Shown: positions 9,464 to 19,202, counted from the first letter of the stretch. The stretch is 64,000 nucleotides of DNA from Bacteroidota bacterium (GCA_033852415.1 JAWOMQ010000175.1:2362-66361); one strand, 5' to 3'. A program made the numbers and translations. Notes: generated by a model not told the origin, from the sequence alone.

Positions 9464-10603
9464 ATGGTTAAACGCATGTTCTTTGGCGGTGCGGTAGTTG
9501 CGCTGCTGGCTCTTCTCGTGATTTCGTGCGAGAAAGAGTCGGTGCCGACGACATCGCCGCAGTCTCTGCTTCAGACAGTCATCGGCAAGAAAGCAATTTC
9601 AAGCGCTGATACGCCTGCCGTTTTTGCGACAGGATTAAACAATCCGCGCGGACTGAAGTTCGGTCCGGACGGGTACCTGTATGTCGCAGAAGGTGGTCTG
9701 GGTGGATCTGATTCGACAATCGGCATTTGCACGCAGGTAGTGGCGCCGGTTGGTCCATACAAAGGCGGAATGACCGGCCGCATTTCAAAGATTGCCCCGG
9801 ATGGGACACGGACAACAGTTGTCGACAGTCTTCCATCGGACCAGACAAGCCCGGATCAGGGGAGCCTTGTGAGCGGTGTTGCAGATGTCGCATTCGTCGG
9901 CAATACGCTTTATGCTCTCCTGGCGGGTGCAGGCTGCTCGCACGGGGTATCGTCTGTTCCGAATGGAATTATCCGCGTGAACTCTGACGGGACATGGGCG
10001 ATGGTAGCCAATCTGAGCGCATATCAACAATCGCATCCCGTTGCTCAACCGGAACCGGATGATTTTGAACCGGATGGAACATGGTACAGCATGATCAATG
10101 TCCGCGGAGATTTATATGCAGTGGAGCCAAACCATGGAGAACTGGTACGAGTGACAACCGACGGCAGCATAAATCGGGTGACTGATTTCTCGGCGACTTA
10201 TGGACACATAGTTCCAACGGCAATCGCTTACGAAGGGAACTTCTTTGTCGGAAATCTGCATCCATTCCCTATTGTTGACGGCAGTTCCAGCCTCTATAAA
10301 GTGACGCCGAGCGGCCAAACCAAGGTGTGGGCAACCGGATTCACGACAATTCTGGGTGTTACGATCGATCAGCAGCGCAGAATCTATGTTCTCGAAAACA
10401 CAACCGGAAACCCATTCCCGACCCCTGGTACCGGAAAGATCGTCCGGCTTGATAATTCAGGAAATAAGGTAGTGATCGCATCCGGACTTTCTCTCCCCAC
10501 GGCAATGACCTTCGGTCCGGATGGAAAGCTCTATGTTTCAAACATCGGTTTCGGACCGCCCACACCGGGTGTAGGACAAGTTGTCCGGGTCGATGTTCCC
10601 TGA
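9464..10603 (+). CDS. secreted lipoprotein with NHL/SMP-30-like beta-propeller repeats
   Basis: The SD GGAGGG favours the second ATG (MVKRMFF...). Lipobox LLVISC. Repeats GLNNPRGLKFGPDGYLYVAEGG ... LSLPTAMTFGPDGKLYVSNIG. Confidence 0.6.
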   Translation: MVKRMFFGGAVVALLALLVISCEKESVPTTSPQSLLQTVIGKKAISSADTPAVFATGLNNPRGLKFGPDGYLYVAEGGLGGSDSTIGICTQVVAPVGPYKGGMTGRISKIAPDGTRTTVVDSLPSDQTSPDQGSLVSGVADVAFVGNTLYALLAGAGCSHGVSSVPNGIIRVNSDGTWAMVANLSAYQQSHPVAQPEPDDFEPDGTWYSMINVRGDLYAVEPNHGELVRVTTDGSINRVTDFSATYGHIVPTAIAYEGNFFVGNLHPFPIVDGSSSLYKVTPSGQTKVWATGFTTILGVTIDQQRRIYVLENTTGNPFPTPGTGKIVRLDNSGNKVVIASGLSLPTAMTFGPDGKLYVSNIGFGPPTPGVGQVVRVDVP

Positions 10604-10662
10604 ACAATGGCTGCGGCGAGATTATTCCTTTCGGAACCCTCATCGCAGTTTTTGTGCAAGCA

Positions 10663-10698
10663 AACGCCCGCCTTTGGCGGGCGTTGCTGTTTCCCTCC
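10663..10698 (+). terminator. intrinsic terminator after the beta-propeller gene
   Basis: 10-bp GC-rich stem AACGCCCGCC / GGCGGGCGTT with a 3-nt loop, followed by GCTGTTTCCC. It lies inside the long upstream extension of ORF 10607, which argues that extension is not coding. Confidence 0.55.
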
Positions 10699-10801
10699 GG
10701 CACGTTCCCCCGCCAACATCTGTTCGGGCAATTTTCTATATTTGGATTGCCTTTGCAGAGCGGGTGGTTGTTCAAAACCCAAGGATCACTTTATAGTTTC
10801 C

Positions 10802-11761
10802 ATGCACATTCCCGACGGATTTCTCGATACAAAAACCATCGTTGCAACGTCGGCGTTTTCTGCGGCGGGTGTTCTCCGCGCGCTTCGCAACGTCACTCGC
10901 CGGATTACCCCGCGATATATTCCCCTGATGGGGCTTGCCGCAGCTTTTATTTTTGTTGCCCAAATGTTGAATTTTCCCGTCGCGGGTGGTACCTCAGGGC
11001 ATGTCATAGGCGGCGTTTTGGTCTCAATTCTTCTCGGTCCGAGTGCAGGGATCGTTGTCATGACAGTCGTTCTCGTTGTCCAGTGCTTTTTGTTTGCCGA
11101 TGGAGGAGTACTTTCCCTTGGGGCGAATGTGTTCAATATGGGAATTGTCGCTGTCGTCTGCGGGTATTACTTTTACAGAATATTTACCTCTGTCAGCATC
11201 GGCATGATGGGCCGGCTTGCGGTTGTCGCTGCGGCATCATGGATATCCACGGTGATCGCATCAATTTGTTGCACAGGTGAGCTTGCCTGGTCAGGCACGA
11301 TCGGATGGTCGAACGCCTTCCCTGCTATGACGGGCATTCATATGATCATCGGTATCGGAGAAGCAATCATTACGACCCTGATATTGGCTGCAATCTATCG
11401 GACACGACCGGCGCTCCTCTCCGGACCGGAATCTGCCCGCGAAGGGAGGGCGTGGAACGTTGTGAGTGAGGTTCTTCCGTTCGGAATACTGATCACGCTT
11501 GGTCTCGCCTTATTTGTCACCCCGTTCGTGACGGTGTGGCCGGATGGCCTGGAACGCGTCGCGGCAGAATTCGGGTTCAGCGCGAAGTCGAAAACCGCGG
11601 CATCTTCGCACTCACCCCTTGCCGGCTATCAGATTCCCGGCATCGGCTCGGTTCCGGTTGCAATGGCGATTGCTGCCGTTATCGGTGCGACGTTGGTATT
11701 CTTGACCGTTTTCCTTCTCGGCCGGGCATTAGTATCCAGATCCAAAGATGTGTCATCCTGA
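10802..11761 (+). CDS. cbiM: ECF transporter substrate-capture component CbiM/NikM fused to a C-terminal PDGLE domain
   Basis: Signature N-terminus MHIPDGFL at the in-frame ATG. Polytopic membrane protein. C-terminal WPDGLE motif plus an extra TM helix. Confidence 0.8.
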   Translation: MHIPDGFLDTKTIVATSAFSAAGVLRALRNVTRRITPRYIPLMGLAAAFIFVAQMLNFPVAGGTSGHVIGGVLVSILLGPSAGIVVMTVVLVVQCFLFADGGVLSLGANVFNMGIVAVVCGYYFYRIFTSVSIGMMGRLAVVAAASWISTVIASICCTGELAWSGTIGWSNAFPAMTGIHMIIGIGEAIITTLILAAIYRTRPALLSGPESAREGRAWNVVSEVLPFGILITLGLALFVTPFVTVWPDGLERVAAEFGFSAKSKTAASSHSPLAGYQIPGIGSVPVAMAIAAVIGATLVFLTVFLLGRALVSRSKDVSS

Positions 11762-11832
11762 CATCATTGCACAGTCGAATGCATCACGATTTCATTGACC
11801 GGTACAGCAGATTAGAAAGCCCTATCCATCGC

Positions 11833-12393
11833 ATGCCTGTCGGGATGAAGGCCGCCGTCACACTGGCAGTCGTATTTACAGTCGTTCTTGCCCCACCTTC
11901 ATGGATACTATTTTATGTTGCCGCTGCAATCTTCCTCATGATCATTGCAGTTCTGAGCCGGATTCCTGCGGGGTTTCTGATTAGGAGGATAGCATTCTTT
12001 GAGCTGTTCGTCCTGGTGATTGCGCTGCTTGCGCTGGCTCAACCAGGTGGAGGAGCAAGATTCGGTGCGATTATCCTGAAAAGCACACTCTCCTTACTGA
12101 CGGTTCTTCTTCTGGCAAATACGACTCCATTCAACAGGATCATCGGATTTCTCGGGCGTCTTCACGTGCCGTCTGCGATGATTACGATACTCGCGTTGAT
12201 GTATCGATACATTTTTGTTCTCATTGACGAGGCGGGGCGGATACAGCGCGCGCGGGAGAGCCGCACGTTTGTCAGGCAACGAACAAGACGTTGGATAATG
12301 CTTGCCTCGGTTTTGGGCAGGCTGTTTGTCCGCTCCACCGAGCGCGCTGAGCGGATTTACGATGCGATGTGTGCGAGAGGATGGAGACAGTGA
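11833..12393 (+). CDS. cbiQ: ECF transporter T component CbiQ
   Basis: Membrane protein between cbiM and the ATPase. CbiQ-like C-terminus ...RIQRARESRTF...AERIYDAMCARG. Alternative start at 11779. TGATG overlap with the next gene. Confidence 0.7.
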   Translation: MPVGMKAAVTLAVVFTVVLAPPSWILFYVAAAIFLMIIAVLSRIPAGFLIRRIAFFELFVLVIALLALAQPGGGARFGAIILKSTLSLLTVLLLANTTPFNRIIGFLGRLHVPSAMITILALMYRYIFVLIDEAGRIQRARESRTFVRQRTRRWIMLASVLGRLFVRSTERAERIYDAMCARGWRQ

Positions 12394-13148
12394 TGCCTTC
12401 GGTTGCCATTGAGGCTCAGGATTTGCATTTCAGGTATGATGGAACTTCTCAGGAGGTTCTACGGGGAATCTCGTTCCGGGTGAACGAAGGAGAAAGCGTC
12501 GGCATTGTCGGTCCGAATGGTGCCGGAAAATCGACACTCCTTCTCCATATGAACGGAATCCTTCCGACCTCCCCTGACAAAAGCCAGGCGGTCCGCGTTT
12601 TTGGCTTGGCCATTACCGGTGAGAATCTCTTTACCATACGGCAAACAGTCGGGCTCCTTTTCCAGGATCCGGACGATCAGTTATTCTGCGCCACGGTGTA
12701 CGAAGACGTGGCGTTCGGGCCTTCACAATTTGGATACAGCGGAGAGAAACTCGTGTCGGTCGTGGAAAGTGCACTGGCAATGGTGGATCTCAAAGGATAC
12801 GAGAACAGATCTCCGCACCACCTCAGCATCGGGGAGAAACAGCGCGTGTGTCTCGCGGGGATACTTGCCTGCCAGCCTAAGGTGCTCGTCCTGGATGAAC
12901 CGACGCACGGACTCGATCCACGGGGGAAACAACATCTGAAAACAATCCTGCATTCTCTTCCCGCCACCAAACTGATCGCGACTCATGATCTGGAATTAGT
13001 TGTGGAAATGTGTTCGCGCACTCTTTTGATTGACGGCGGATCTCTCATCACCGACGGACCTACGCTTGAGCTTCTTTCTGACGAATCGCTGATGCTCTCT
13101 CACGGTCTCGAGAAGCCGCATATTCTGAGACATCGCCACCCGCATTGA
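12393..13148 (+). CDS. cbiO: ECF transporter ATPase CbiO
   Basis: Walker A GPNGAGKST. ABC signature LSIGEKQRV. Walker B VLVLDEPTHGLD. Confidence 0.85.
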   Translation: MPSVAIEAQDLHFRYDGTSQEVLRGISFRVNEGESVGIVGPNGAGKSTLLLHMNGILPTSPDKSQAVRVFGLAITGENLFTIRQTVGLLFQDPDDQLFCATVYEDVAFGPSQFGYSGEKLVSVVESALAMVDLKGYENRSPHHLSIGEKQRVCLAGILACQPKVLVLDEPTHGLDPRGKQHLKTILHSLPATKLIATHDLELVVEMCSRTLLIDGGSLITDGPTLELLSDESLMLSHGLEKPHILRHRHPH

Positions 13149-13360
13149 CGCCTGCTCATCAGGATCCCCTCCAATGGTGGGTCTTGTTTTTAGCAGGCTG
13201 CACGTGGTGTGAGGTTTGAGGTTCAGGATTATTGGAAAAGCCTCTGAAACCGCCCATAACTGCGAACCTCCACTCCGTCGATCAGTTGATTTTCTTGCCT
13301 CCGTTTTGTACCATAAACCCGCGACTTCGCATTGCAAACCCACAGATTTACAAAATTTTC

Positions 13361-15445
13361 ATGGCAGTAGACGACACCGGCGCGAGAATAGACGGAGATT
13401 CGAGCCAGAACAGGACAGGATTTTCGCCAGATTCTCAAGCGTCCAATGGAACCGACGCCGGCGTGCCCGGGTCTGTGCTGCCGTCGCGTGTAAAGAGGCT
13501 GCTTCTTGGTGCGCCCCGCAGTTTCAAAGACCCGACGATTTTTCACAAAATCTCGCTGATTGCATTCCTCGCATGGATTGGTTTGGGTGCGGACGGCCTC
13601 TCCTCGTCCTCGTACGGACCCGATGAAGCTTTTCGTGCGCTCGGGAAATACAGCTATCTTGCCGTTGGCCTCGCATTAGCGACCGCAATCACCGTTTTCG
13701 TTATTTGCTATACGTACTCGAAAATTATCGAGCGCTTCCCATCGGGCGGGGGCGGATACGTCGTTGCAAGCAAATTGCTGGGCCCAAAATTCGGTGTCGT
13801 CTCCGGGTCGGCGCTTCTGGTCGACTATGTTCTTACCATAAGTGTTTCGATTGCAAGCGGGGCGGATCAGATTTTCAGCTTCCTGCCGCTCGGGATCGGG
13901 AAGTACAAAATGTTGGTTGTGCTTTCAGTAATCCTGATTCTTACGATTCTCAATTTGCGCGGTGTGAAAGAGTCTGTGACGACCCTGATGCCCATCTTTC
14001 TTCTGTTCCTTATTACCCATGTCATTCTGATTTTTGGCGGAATTATCTTTCATCTTTTTGAGGCAGGCCAGGTCGTACACGACGTGCGGTCGGGTTTCAA
14101 TAATGACCTGCAGGTGCTGGGAGCAATGGGTCTGTTTGCGATATTTATACGTGCTTATTCGATGGGTGCTGGAACCTATACAGGGATCGAGGCGGTAAGC
14201 AACGGTATCCAGATTATGAGGGAACCGAAGGTCGAAACCGCACGAAGGACGATGCTGTACATGGCTGTGTCACTCGCCGTCACGGCAGCCGGGATAATTG
14301 TCTGCTACCTCCTCTACCATGTTGTACCTGTCGGGGGAAAAACCATGAACGCAGTTTTACTGCAAAACTTTGCAGGGAGCTGGAGTTTCGGGAGCATTCC
14401 GGTGGGGGAGATGTTTGTAATTCTGACCCTTGTAGCGGAGGCTGCGCTCCTTTTTGTTGCCGCCCTGGCGGGCTTTATTGCCGGTCCCCGCGTCATGGCA
14501 AATATGGCGCTCGATTCATGGATGCCGCACAGATTCAGTTCGCTTTCGGACCGGCTCACGATGCAAAACGGTGTCATTCTCATTGCCGGGATGGCGATCT
14601 TTACGCTCCTCCTTACCCGCGGAGACACCAGCACGCTCGTGCTGATGTACTCGATCAATGTTTTCCTCACTTTTTCTCTTTCCCAGATGGGGATGGTTCG
14701 CTATTGGGTCATGAACAGGTCGAAGTACACCGAGTGGCGGCGCCAGCTTACCATTCACCTCCTCGGTCTGGCACTGTGTCTCTCAATCCTTATTGTTAAC
14801 ATCTATGAAAAATTCATGCAGGGAGGATGGATCACGCTGATTATCACCTCGGTCTTGATCGCACTCTGCCTGCGCATCAAGGGTCATTACGGAAGAGTGC
14901 GCCGGAATCTGAACAGACTGGATGAAATCCTGACCGACATTCCCTTGACGGAGCATGCTGCGAAAATTCCAATTGATCCCCGGGCACAAACGGCGGTGCT
15001 GTTTGTAAATTCGTACAGCGGACTCGGTATCCACTCTTTCCTGACCCTTTCCAAACTCTTTCCGAATCATTTCAGAAATATTGTTTTTGTTTCGATCAAT
15101 GTCGTTGATGCGGGAAGCCTGAAAGGGATTGAGGATATCAACCACTCTCTCAGGGAAGGTGAGTCGGCACTCCAAAAATATGTCACAATGGCGGAAAAAC
15201 TCGGGTTTGCAGCTGCCTACAAGATGGGGGCGGGGACAGAAGTTCTGAGTGAGGCAAAGCGGCTTGCGCTGGAGATTGCCGGCGAATATCCGCGCTCAAT
15301 CTTTTTTACAAGCAAACTTGTCTTCGAAAAAGAACATTGGTACCAGCGCCTCCTCCACAATGAAACCGCCTCGCAGATTCAGCGTGAGTTTCAATTTGCC
15401 GGACTCAATACGATGGTTCTCCCCATCAGGGTCTTTTCCCAGTAG
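13361..15445 (+). CDS. kimA: KimA-type K+ transporter (APC superfamily with C-terminal cytoplasmic domain)
   Basis: LSSSSYGPDE...FPSGGGGYVVASKLLGPKFGVVSGSALLVDYVLTISVSIASGADQ closely parallels B. subtilis KimA (LSSVAYGTEQ...YPQGGGAYIVSKENLGEKPGLIAGGSLLVDYILTVAVSISAGTDA). It has a ~250-aa C-terminal soluble domain. Confidence 0.7.
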   Translation: MAVDDTGARIDGDSSQNRTGFSPDSQASNGTDAGVPGSVLPSRVKRLLLGAPRSFKDPTIFHKISLIAFLAWIGLGADGLSSSSYGPDEAFRALGKYSYLAVGLALATAITVFVICYTYSKIIERFPSGGGGYVVASKLLGPKFGVVSGSALLVDYVLTISVSIASGADQIFSFLPLGIGKYKMLVVLSVILILTILNLRGVKESVTTLMPIFLLFLITHVILIFGGIIFHLFEAGQVVHDVRSGFNNDLQVLGAMGLFAIFIRAYSMGAGTYTGIEAVSNGIQIMREPKVETARRTMLYMAVSLAVTAAGIIVCYLLYHVVPVGGKTMNAVLLQNFAGSWSFGSIPVGEMFVILTLVAEAALLFVAALAGFIAGPRVMANMALDSWMPHRFSSLSDRLTMQNGVILIAGMAIFTLLLTRGDTSTLVLMYSINVFLTFSLSQMGMVRYWVMNRSKYTEWRRQLTIHLLGLALCLSILIVNIYEKFMQGGWITLIITSVLIALCLRIKGHYGRVRRNLNRLDEILTDIPLTEHAAKIPIDPRAQTAVLFVNSYSGLGIHSFLTLSKLFPNHFRNIVFVSINVVDAGSLKGIEDINHSLREGESALQKYVTMAEKLGFAAAYKMGAGTEVLSEAKRLALEIAGEYPRSIFFTSKLVFEKEHWYQRLLHNETASQIQREFQFAGLNTMVLPIRVFSQ

Positions 15446-15476
15446 TCTCCTCCCCGCCGCAGTGTCGGAACTCTCT

Positions 15477-16058
15477 CTATTTTTCTGCGAGCAATTTCAC
15501 GACTTCGCCGGTGACCTCTTTTGACATCGGATCCACAGCGGACATAAACCGTGCGCGAATGTTTCCCGAACGGTCGACCAGATATTTCTGAAAGTTCCAC
15601 TTCACATCACCCTTAAACGGAGAGTCCTGTGTGATGTACTTGTACAAGGGGTTCTGATCTTCTCCCTTGACGCTGATCTTTTCAAAGAGGTCGAATGTGG
15701 TATGATATTTAGTCGAGCAGAAAGTCTTGATCTGACCGTTTGTACCCGGCTCCTGCGAACCAAAATTATTCGCGGGGAAGGCGAGAATGACAAAACCCTT
15801 GTCCTTATATGTCTCGTACAACTTTTCGAGAGTTTTGTACTGGGGCGTGAAACCGCATTCCGATGCGGTGTTGACAATCATGATAACCTTTCCCTTGTAG
15901 GTCGAGAGAGGCTGCGCTTTCCCGTCGATTGTATTCATGGTAAAATCCAATACACTCTTTGCGGGCATAGCATTCCCATCCTCATGCGGCTGTTTCATTT
16001 GCATGCCGGAAGAAAGGAGAAACACAATTGGGAGAACAAACAAGCGGTAGTACTTCAT
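15477..16058 (-). CDS. gpx: glutathione peroxidase (Cys-type), secreted
   Basis: GPx motifs NTASECGFT, ILAFPANNFGSQEP and KWNFQKYL. Signal peptide MKYYRLFVLPIVFLL. Confidence 0.85.
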   Translation of the reverse strand: MKYYRLFVLPIVFLLSSGMQMKQPHEDGNAMPAKSVLDFTMNTIDGKAQPLSTYKGKVIMIVNTASECGFTPQYKTLEKLYETYKDKGFVILAFPANNFGSQEPGTNGQIKTFCSTKYHTTFDLFEKISVKGEDQNPLYKYITQDSPFKGDVKWNFQKYLVDRSGNIRARFMSAVDPMSKEVTGEVVKLLAEK

Positions 16059-16314
16059 AGAACACCCCGTGGAAATAGATTTGTGATTTTTTGTTTTGAT
16101 GGAAGAACATGTGCCGGCTTGAGCGACTTCTGATATAATTAATCTAAGCAATCAAACCGTCATTCACAAGCTCACCCAAAACAGGGTACTCCTGGCGTTT
16201 GGTGCAGGATCGGGATATACCGCGGAACCGACCGGATTGCGGCTGAGCGAATAATTCTTTATATGTTAATAAGATGAAGAGTTCAGCCGGAAAACCTTTA
16301 ATGGGGAAAAATTC

Positions 16315-17013
16315 ATGAAATCAAAGCTGCAGCCGCCCTATATCAGAGAAGTCGGAAAACGGGGTGCAATTACAATTTGGGTTGTAGACGGAACGTATGT
16401 CCGTACCCACCTCGATGAGGAATTTACAAATTACGGCCAACATTATGTGTTCGACTGTATCCCGAAGAATGAATTTTGGCTTGATAAGGAAGCCAAAGAA
16501 GACGAGCAAAAATTTTTTATCGATCATCTGTGCATTGAACACCGGCTGATGGCAAAGGGGGTGCCGTACGATGCCGCGCTCGAAGCCGCTGACAAGAAAG
16601 AAACGCTCGAGAGAAAACGCGCGGGGGATGTACGAAAATTAACCAAGGGAGGGAATCTTCCCGATCCGAAGAAAGTTCATGTGAGATTGTGGAAATCCCT
16701 TGAATCAGGTGTATCGGTGTGGATTGTTGATGGGCGTCTCGTGAGAAGTGTCTTCGACGATGACTTCACGGAAGGGGGGCATGATCATGTGTACGAATTC
16801 GTCCCGCAAAATGAGGTATGGATTGATAACGATCTGGAAGAAGCCGAACGGCCGTACGTCCTGCTGCATGAGCTCCATGAGCGCAATCTCATGGCAAAGG
16901 GTTGGACCTACACAAAAGCGCACGAGGACTCGAGCAAAATAGAATATCACAACCGTCACCATCCGAACGAGCTTCACGATGCTCTTGCCGCCGAAGGGTG
17001 GGAGGCAGGATAG
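16315..17013 (+). CDS. hypothetical protein made of two tandem homologous ~110-aa domains
   Basis: Internal repeat: IWVVDGTYVRTHLDEEFTNYGQHYVFDCIPKNEFWLD...IDHLCIEHRLMAKGVPY aligns with VWIVDGRLVRSVFDDDFTEGGHDHVYEFVPQNEVWID...LLHELHERNLMAKGWTY. Confidence 0.6.
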   Translation: MKSKLQPPYIREVGKRGAITIWVVDGTYVRTHLDEEFTNYGQHYVFDCIPKNEFWLDKEAKEDEQKFFIDHLCIEHRLMAKGVPYDAALEAADKKETLERKRAGDVRKLTKGGNLPDPKKVHVRLWKSLESGVSVWIVDGRLVRSVFDDDFTEGGHDHVYEFVPQNEVWIDNDLEEAERPYVLLHELHERNLMAKGWTYTKAHEDSSKIEYHNRHHPNELHDALAAEGWEAG

Positions 17014-17058
17014 TTTCTCACTGTTTGTATGGAGGTAATACCCGGGAGAGCCAGTTCG

Positions 17059-17532
17059 TTAAGGCTGCTTCCCGCGTGCGAAGCTTCGGGGGCGCGCGAC
17101 ACCCTCGATCTTAATTCTTGCCTTGATCGAATCAAGATCCGGTTTAGCGGCTTCTTCGCTCGGGTACGAACCTACCCACACCAGGTACAAGAGATTCTTA
17201 CCGTCAATCAGGTTTTCAAAAATGTCTGCATGGTACCCGATTGCCCGAAGTCGCTGCTGGAGCCGCAAAGCGTTCTTCTTCAGTGCAAAAGCGCCCAGCT
17301 GGATTGCCAGTTCCTTGACGGGTTTCGGACCGGCAGAGTCGTTGATGCCCGTTGTCGTGTCGGTATCGTTGGCGAATGTCCAGCTCTCAACCGAACCGGA
17401 CATGCCCGGCCCTGTGCCGGAACCGCGACCAAGGGAAAATGCCGTGGCAGGGGATGCTGCGAAATTCGTTGACTGGAGAGGGATGAAAAGAAGGAAAGCG
17501 ATCAGAACAGCGCCTCGCACACGATTTGTCAT
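17059..17532 (-). CDS. secreted SPOR-domain (peptidoglycan-binding) protein
   Basis: Signal peptide. C-terminal LAIQLGAFALKKNALRLQQRLRAIGYHADIF...YLVWVGSYPSEEAAK fits a SPOR repeat. Confidence 0.55.
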   Translation of the reverse strand: MTNRVRGAVLIAFLLFIPLQSTNFAASPATAFSLGRGSGTGPGMSGSVESWTFANDTDTTTGINDSAGPKPVKELAIQLGAFALKKNALRLQQRLRAIGYHADIFENLIDGKNLLYLVWVGSYPSEEAAKPDLDSIKARIKIEGVARPRSFARGKQP

Positions 17533-17852
17533 TGCTGAAATTCCCTATGGTGGTGAATATTCATGCAATCATGGGGAAGAACATAATATTTCTTTGACAA
17601 AATGTCAAACGCGATTGCAACGCACCCACTTCCTTCGAGCTATGAATTGTTTGGCGACCGGCCGGCGCTCTTGCCAGCGGATTGAGAAGTGCAATTCCGG
17701 TTTCAGGAATCTTTGCAATGACCCTTGACTCTTACTCAATCCGTTTTTAAATTGTTGAAGTCCAGGTGACCATCAGGAGGAACGAGTGGTTCTTTGAAAC
17801 CCATGTACAGCGAATGTGCATGGGTTTTGTCGTTTATTGTTGCGTTTCCATT

Positions 17853-19202
17853 ATGAAGAAAATAAAGGGTTATTGTATTCTCTGCGTTTTCCTCTGCCTG
17901 ATTTTCTGGAATTGCCGCGAAAACAGTTCCGGACCTACCATCTCGCATATCCAGCTCCAGGCAGAGGACGTAGGTGTTACCGACGCCTTGGTAAGACTGA
18001 AGGCATTGACAACTGCTGACACGGTAGCGATATCCGTCACCCTCGGATCAAAGATCTTGTATCATCAAGTGACTGCGTCGTCGCTGGATACAGTCTTCCA
18101 GATCGATTCTCTTCTACCCAACCAAAAATACTCCTTGACTGCGAGACGCGACCGGGCTTTCCCTTACATCAATGAAACGACGGGACTGACCATCACGACA
18201 ATGGATACGACGAGCCACAACTTCACATGGGAAACCGATACGTTGGGAGATGGCAACAACAGCACACTCTTTGACGTGGCCATTGTGAATGATACGTGTG
18301 CATATGCTGTCGGGGAGCTTTACAAAAGAGATTCCACAGGCAGATGGAATACGGATCCCTACAATCTCGCGTCATGGAACGGCCATAAATGGACACTAAA
18401 GCAAATCTACTATCTATATCAAGGGCAATATTTCATCGCTCGTTTCACCTCTGTCTTTGCGTTTTCAAGTACTGATATCTGGGTCGGAAGCAATCAACCT
18501 CAACATTGGAACGGGAACGAATGGGAAGAATTTGATGTGGGTAGCGATGTTTGGAATGGCTGGATCAATAAGATTTGGGGAACATCAAGTTCAAACGTGT
18601 ACATGGTCGGAGCGAAAGGGGCAATAATGCACTTTGACGGAACAAGATGGCAAAAGATGGAATCGGGTACTGATGTCGATTTGACAGATGTTTGGGGTTC
18701 ACCTGATGGAAGTATTGTATGGGCGTGTGGTTATTATCGAAGTCGTTATGGTACATACTTACTCCGATATAGCGGAACAAACTGGAAAACTGTTTACGAT
18801 GGAACGCAAGGTGAGTTCCAGATCCGAGCAGATTCGCTTTCTGGAGCTTACACGGGAGTATATACACCAAACGCGAAGAGAATATATGTTGGTTCCTCTG
18901 CTGGAATTTATGCAGCATACTCAACCACAAAAGGCGAAGCAAGGAGGTTATCCTTTACTTCAAGCTATTTCCCGGGTTTTCCGAATGCGATGAGAGGCAA
19001 TGGGGAGAATGACTTGACCATTGTGGGTGATTATAATTTTGTAGCCCACTATAATGGCCACGATTGGAGATACTTCTCTGACCTAAAGAGCGATATAGGT
19101 AGGCTTTGGTCGGTCGATTGCAAGGGCACTATGGTTGTAGCGGTCGGCTATTCGTATGATCCCATTAACAGCCGAGGAATCGTGATGATAGGAAGGAGGT
19201 GA
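17853..19202 (+). CDS. lipoprotein with WxxW-type beta-propeller repeats (Ycf48/BNR-like)
   Basis: Lipobox LIFWNC at the internal ATG (MKKIKGYC...). Repeated WNGHKW / WNGNEWEEF / VWNGWINKIWGTSSSNVYMVGAKGAIMHFDGTRWQK blades. Confidence 0.5.
   Translation: MKKIKGYCILCVFLCLIFWNCRENSSGPTISHIQLQAEDVGVTDALVRLKALTTADTVAISVTLGSKILYHQVTASSLDTVFQIDSLLPNQKYSLTARRDRAFPYINETTGLTITTMDTTSHNFTWETDTLGDGNNSTLFDVAIVNDTCAYAVGELYKRDSTGRWNTDPYNLASWNGHKWTLKQIYYLYQGQYFIARFTSVFAFSSTDIWVGSNQPQHWNGNEWEEFDVGSDVWNGWINKIWGTSSSNVYMVGAKGAIMHFDGTRWQKMESGTDVDLTDVWGSPDGSIVWACGYYRSRYGTYLLRYSGTNWKTVYDGTQGEFQIRADSLSGAYTGVYTPNAKRIYVGSSAGIYAAYSTTKGEARRLSFTSSYFPGFPNAMRGNGENDLTIVGDYNFVAHYNGHDWRYFSDLKSDIGRLWSVDCKGTMVVAVGYSYDPINSRGIVMIGRR

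Noticed and set aside
10607-10801. Long N-terminal extension of the cbiM ORF (MAAARLFLSEPSS...).
   Set aside because: It contains a strong terminator hairpin (10663..10698). The conserved CbiM N-terminus MHIPDGFL begins at the internal ATG 10802. The extension is rich in Cys, Arg and Pro, typical of an out-of-context GC-rich reading frame.
11536-11832. Upstream part of the cbiQ ORF (11536..11832) and the alternative long frame 10654..11280 inside cbiM.
   Set aside because: The first overlaps the cbiM coding frame out of phase and is Arg/Cys-rich. The second is a wholly internal out-of-frame ORF. The CbiQ hydrophobic start is at 11833 (or 11779).
13232-13360. 43-codon 5' extension of the kimA-like ORF, and ORF 13216..13626 / 13229..13546 overlapping it.
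   Set aside because: The KimA homology and first TM segments begin after the ATG at 13361. The extension has no RBS and has a Pro/Ile-rich low-complexity sequence. The overlapping ORFs are on other frames with Arg-rich composition.
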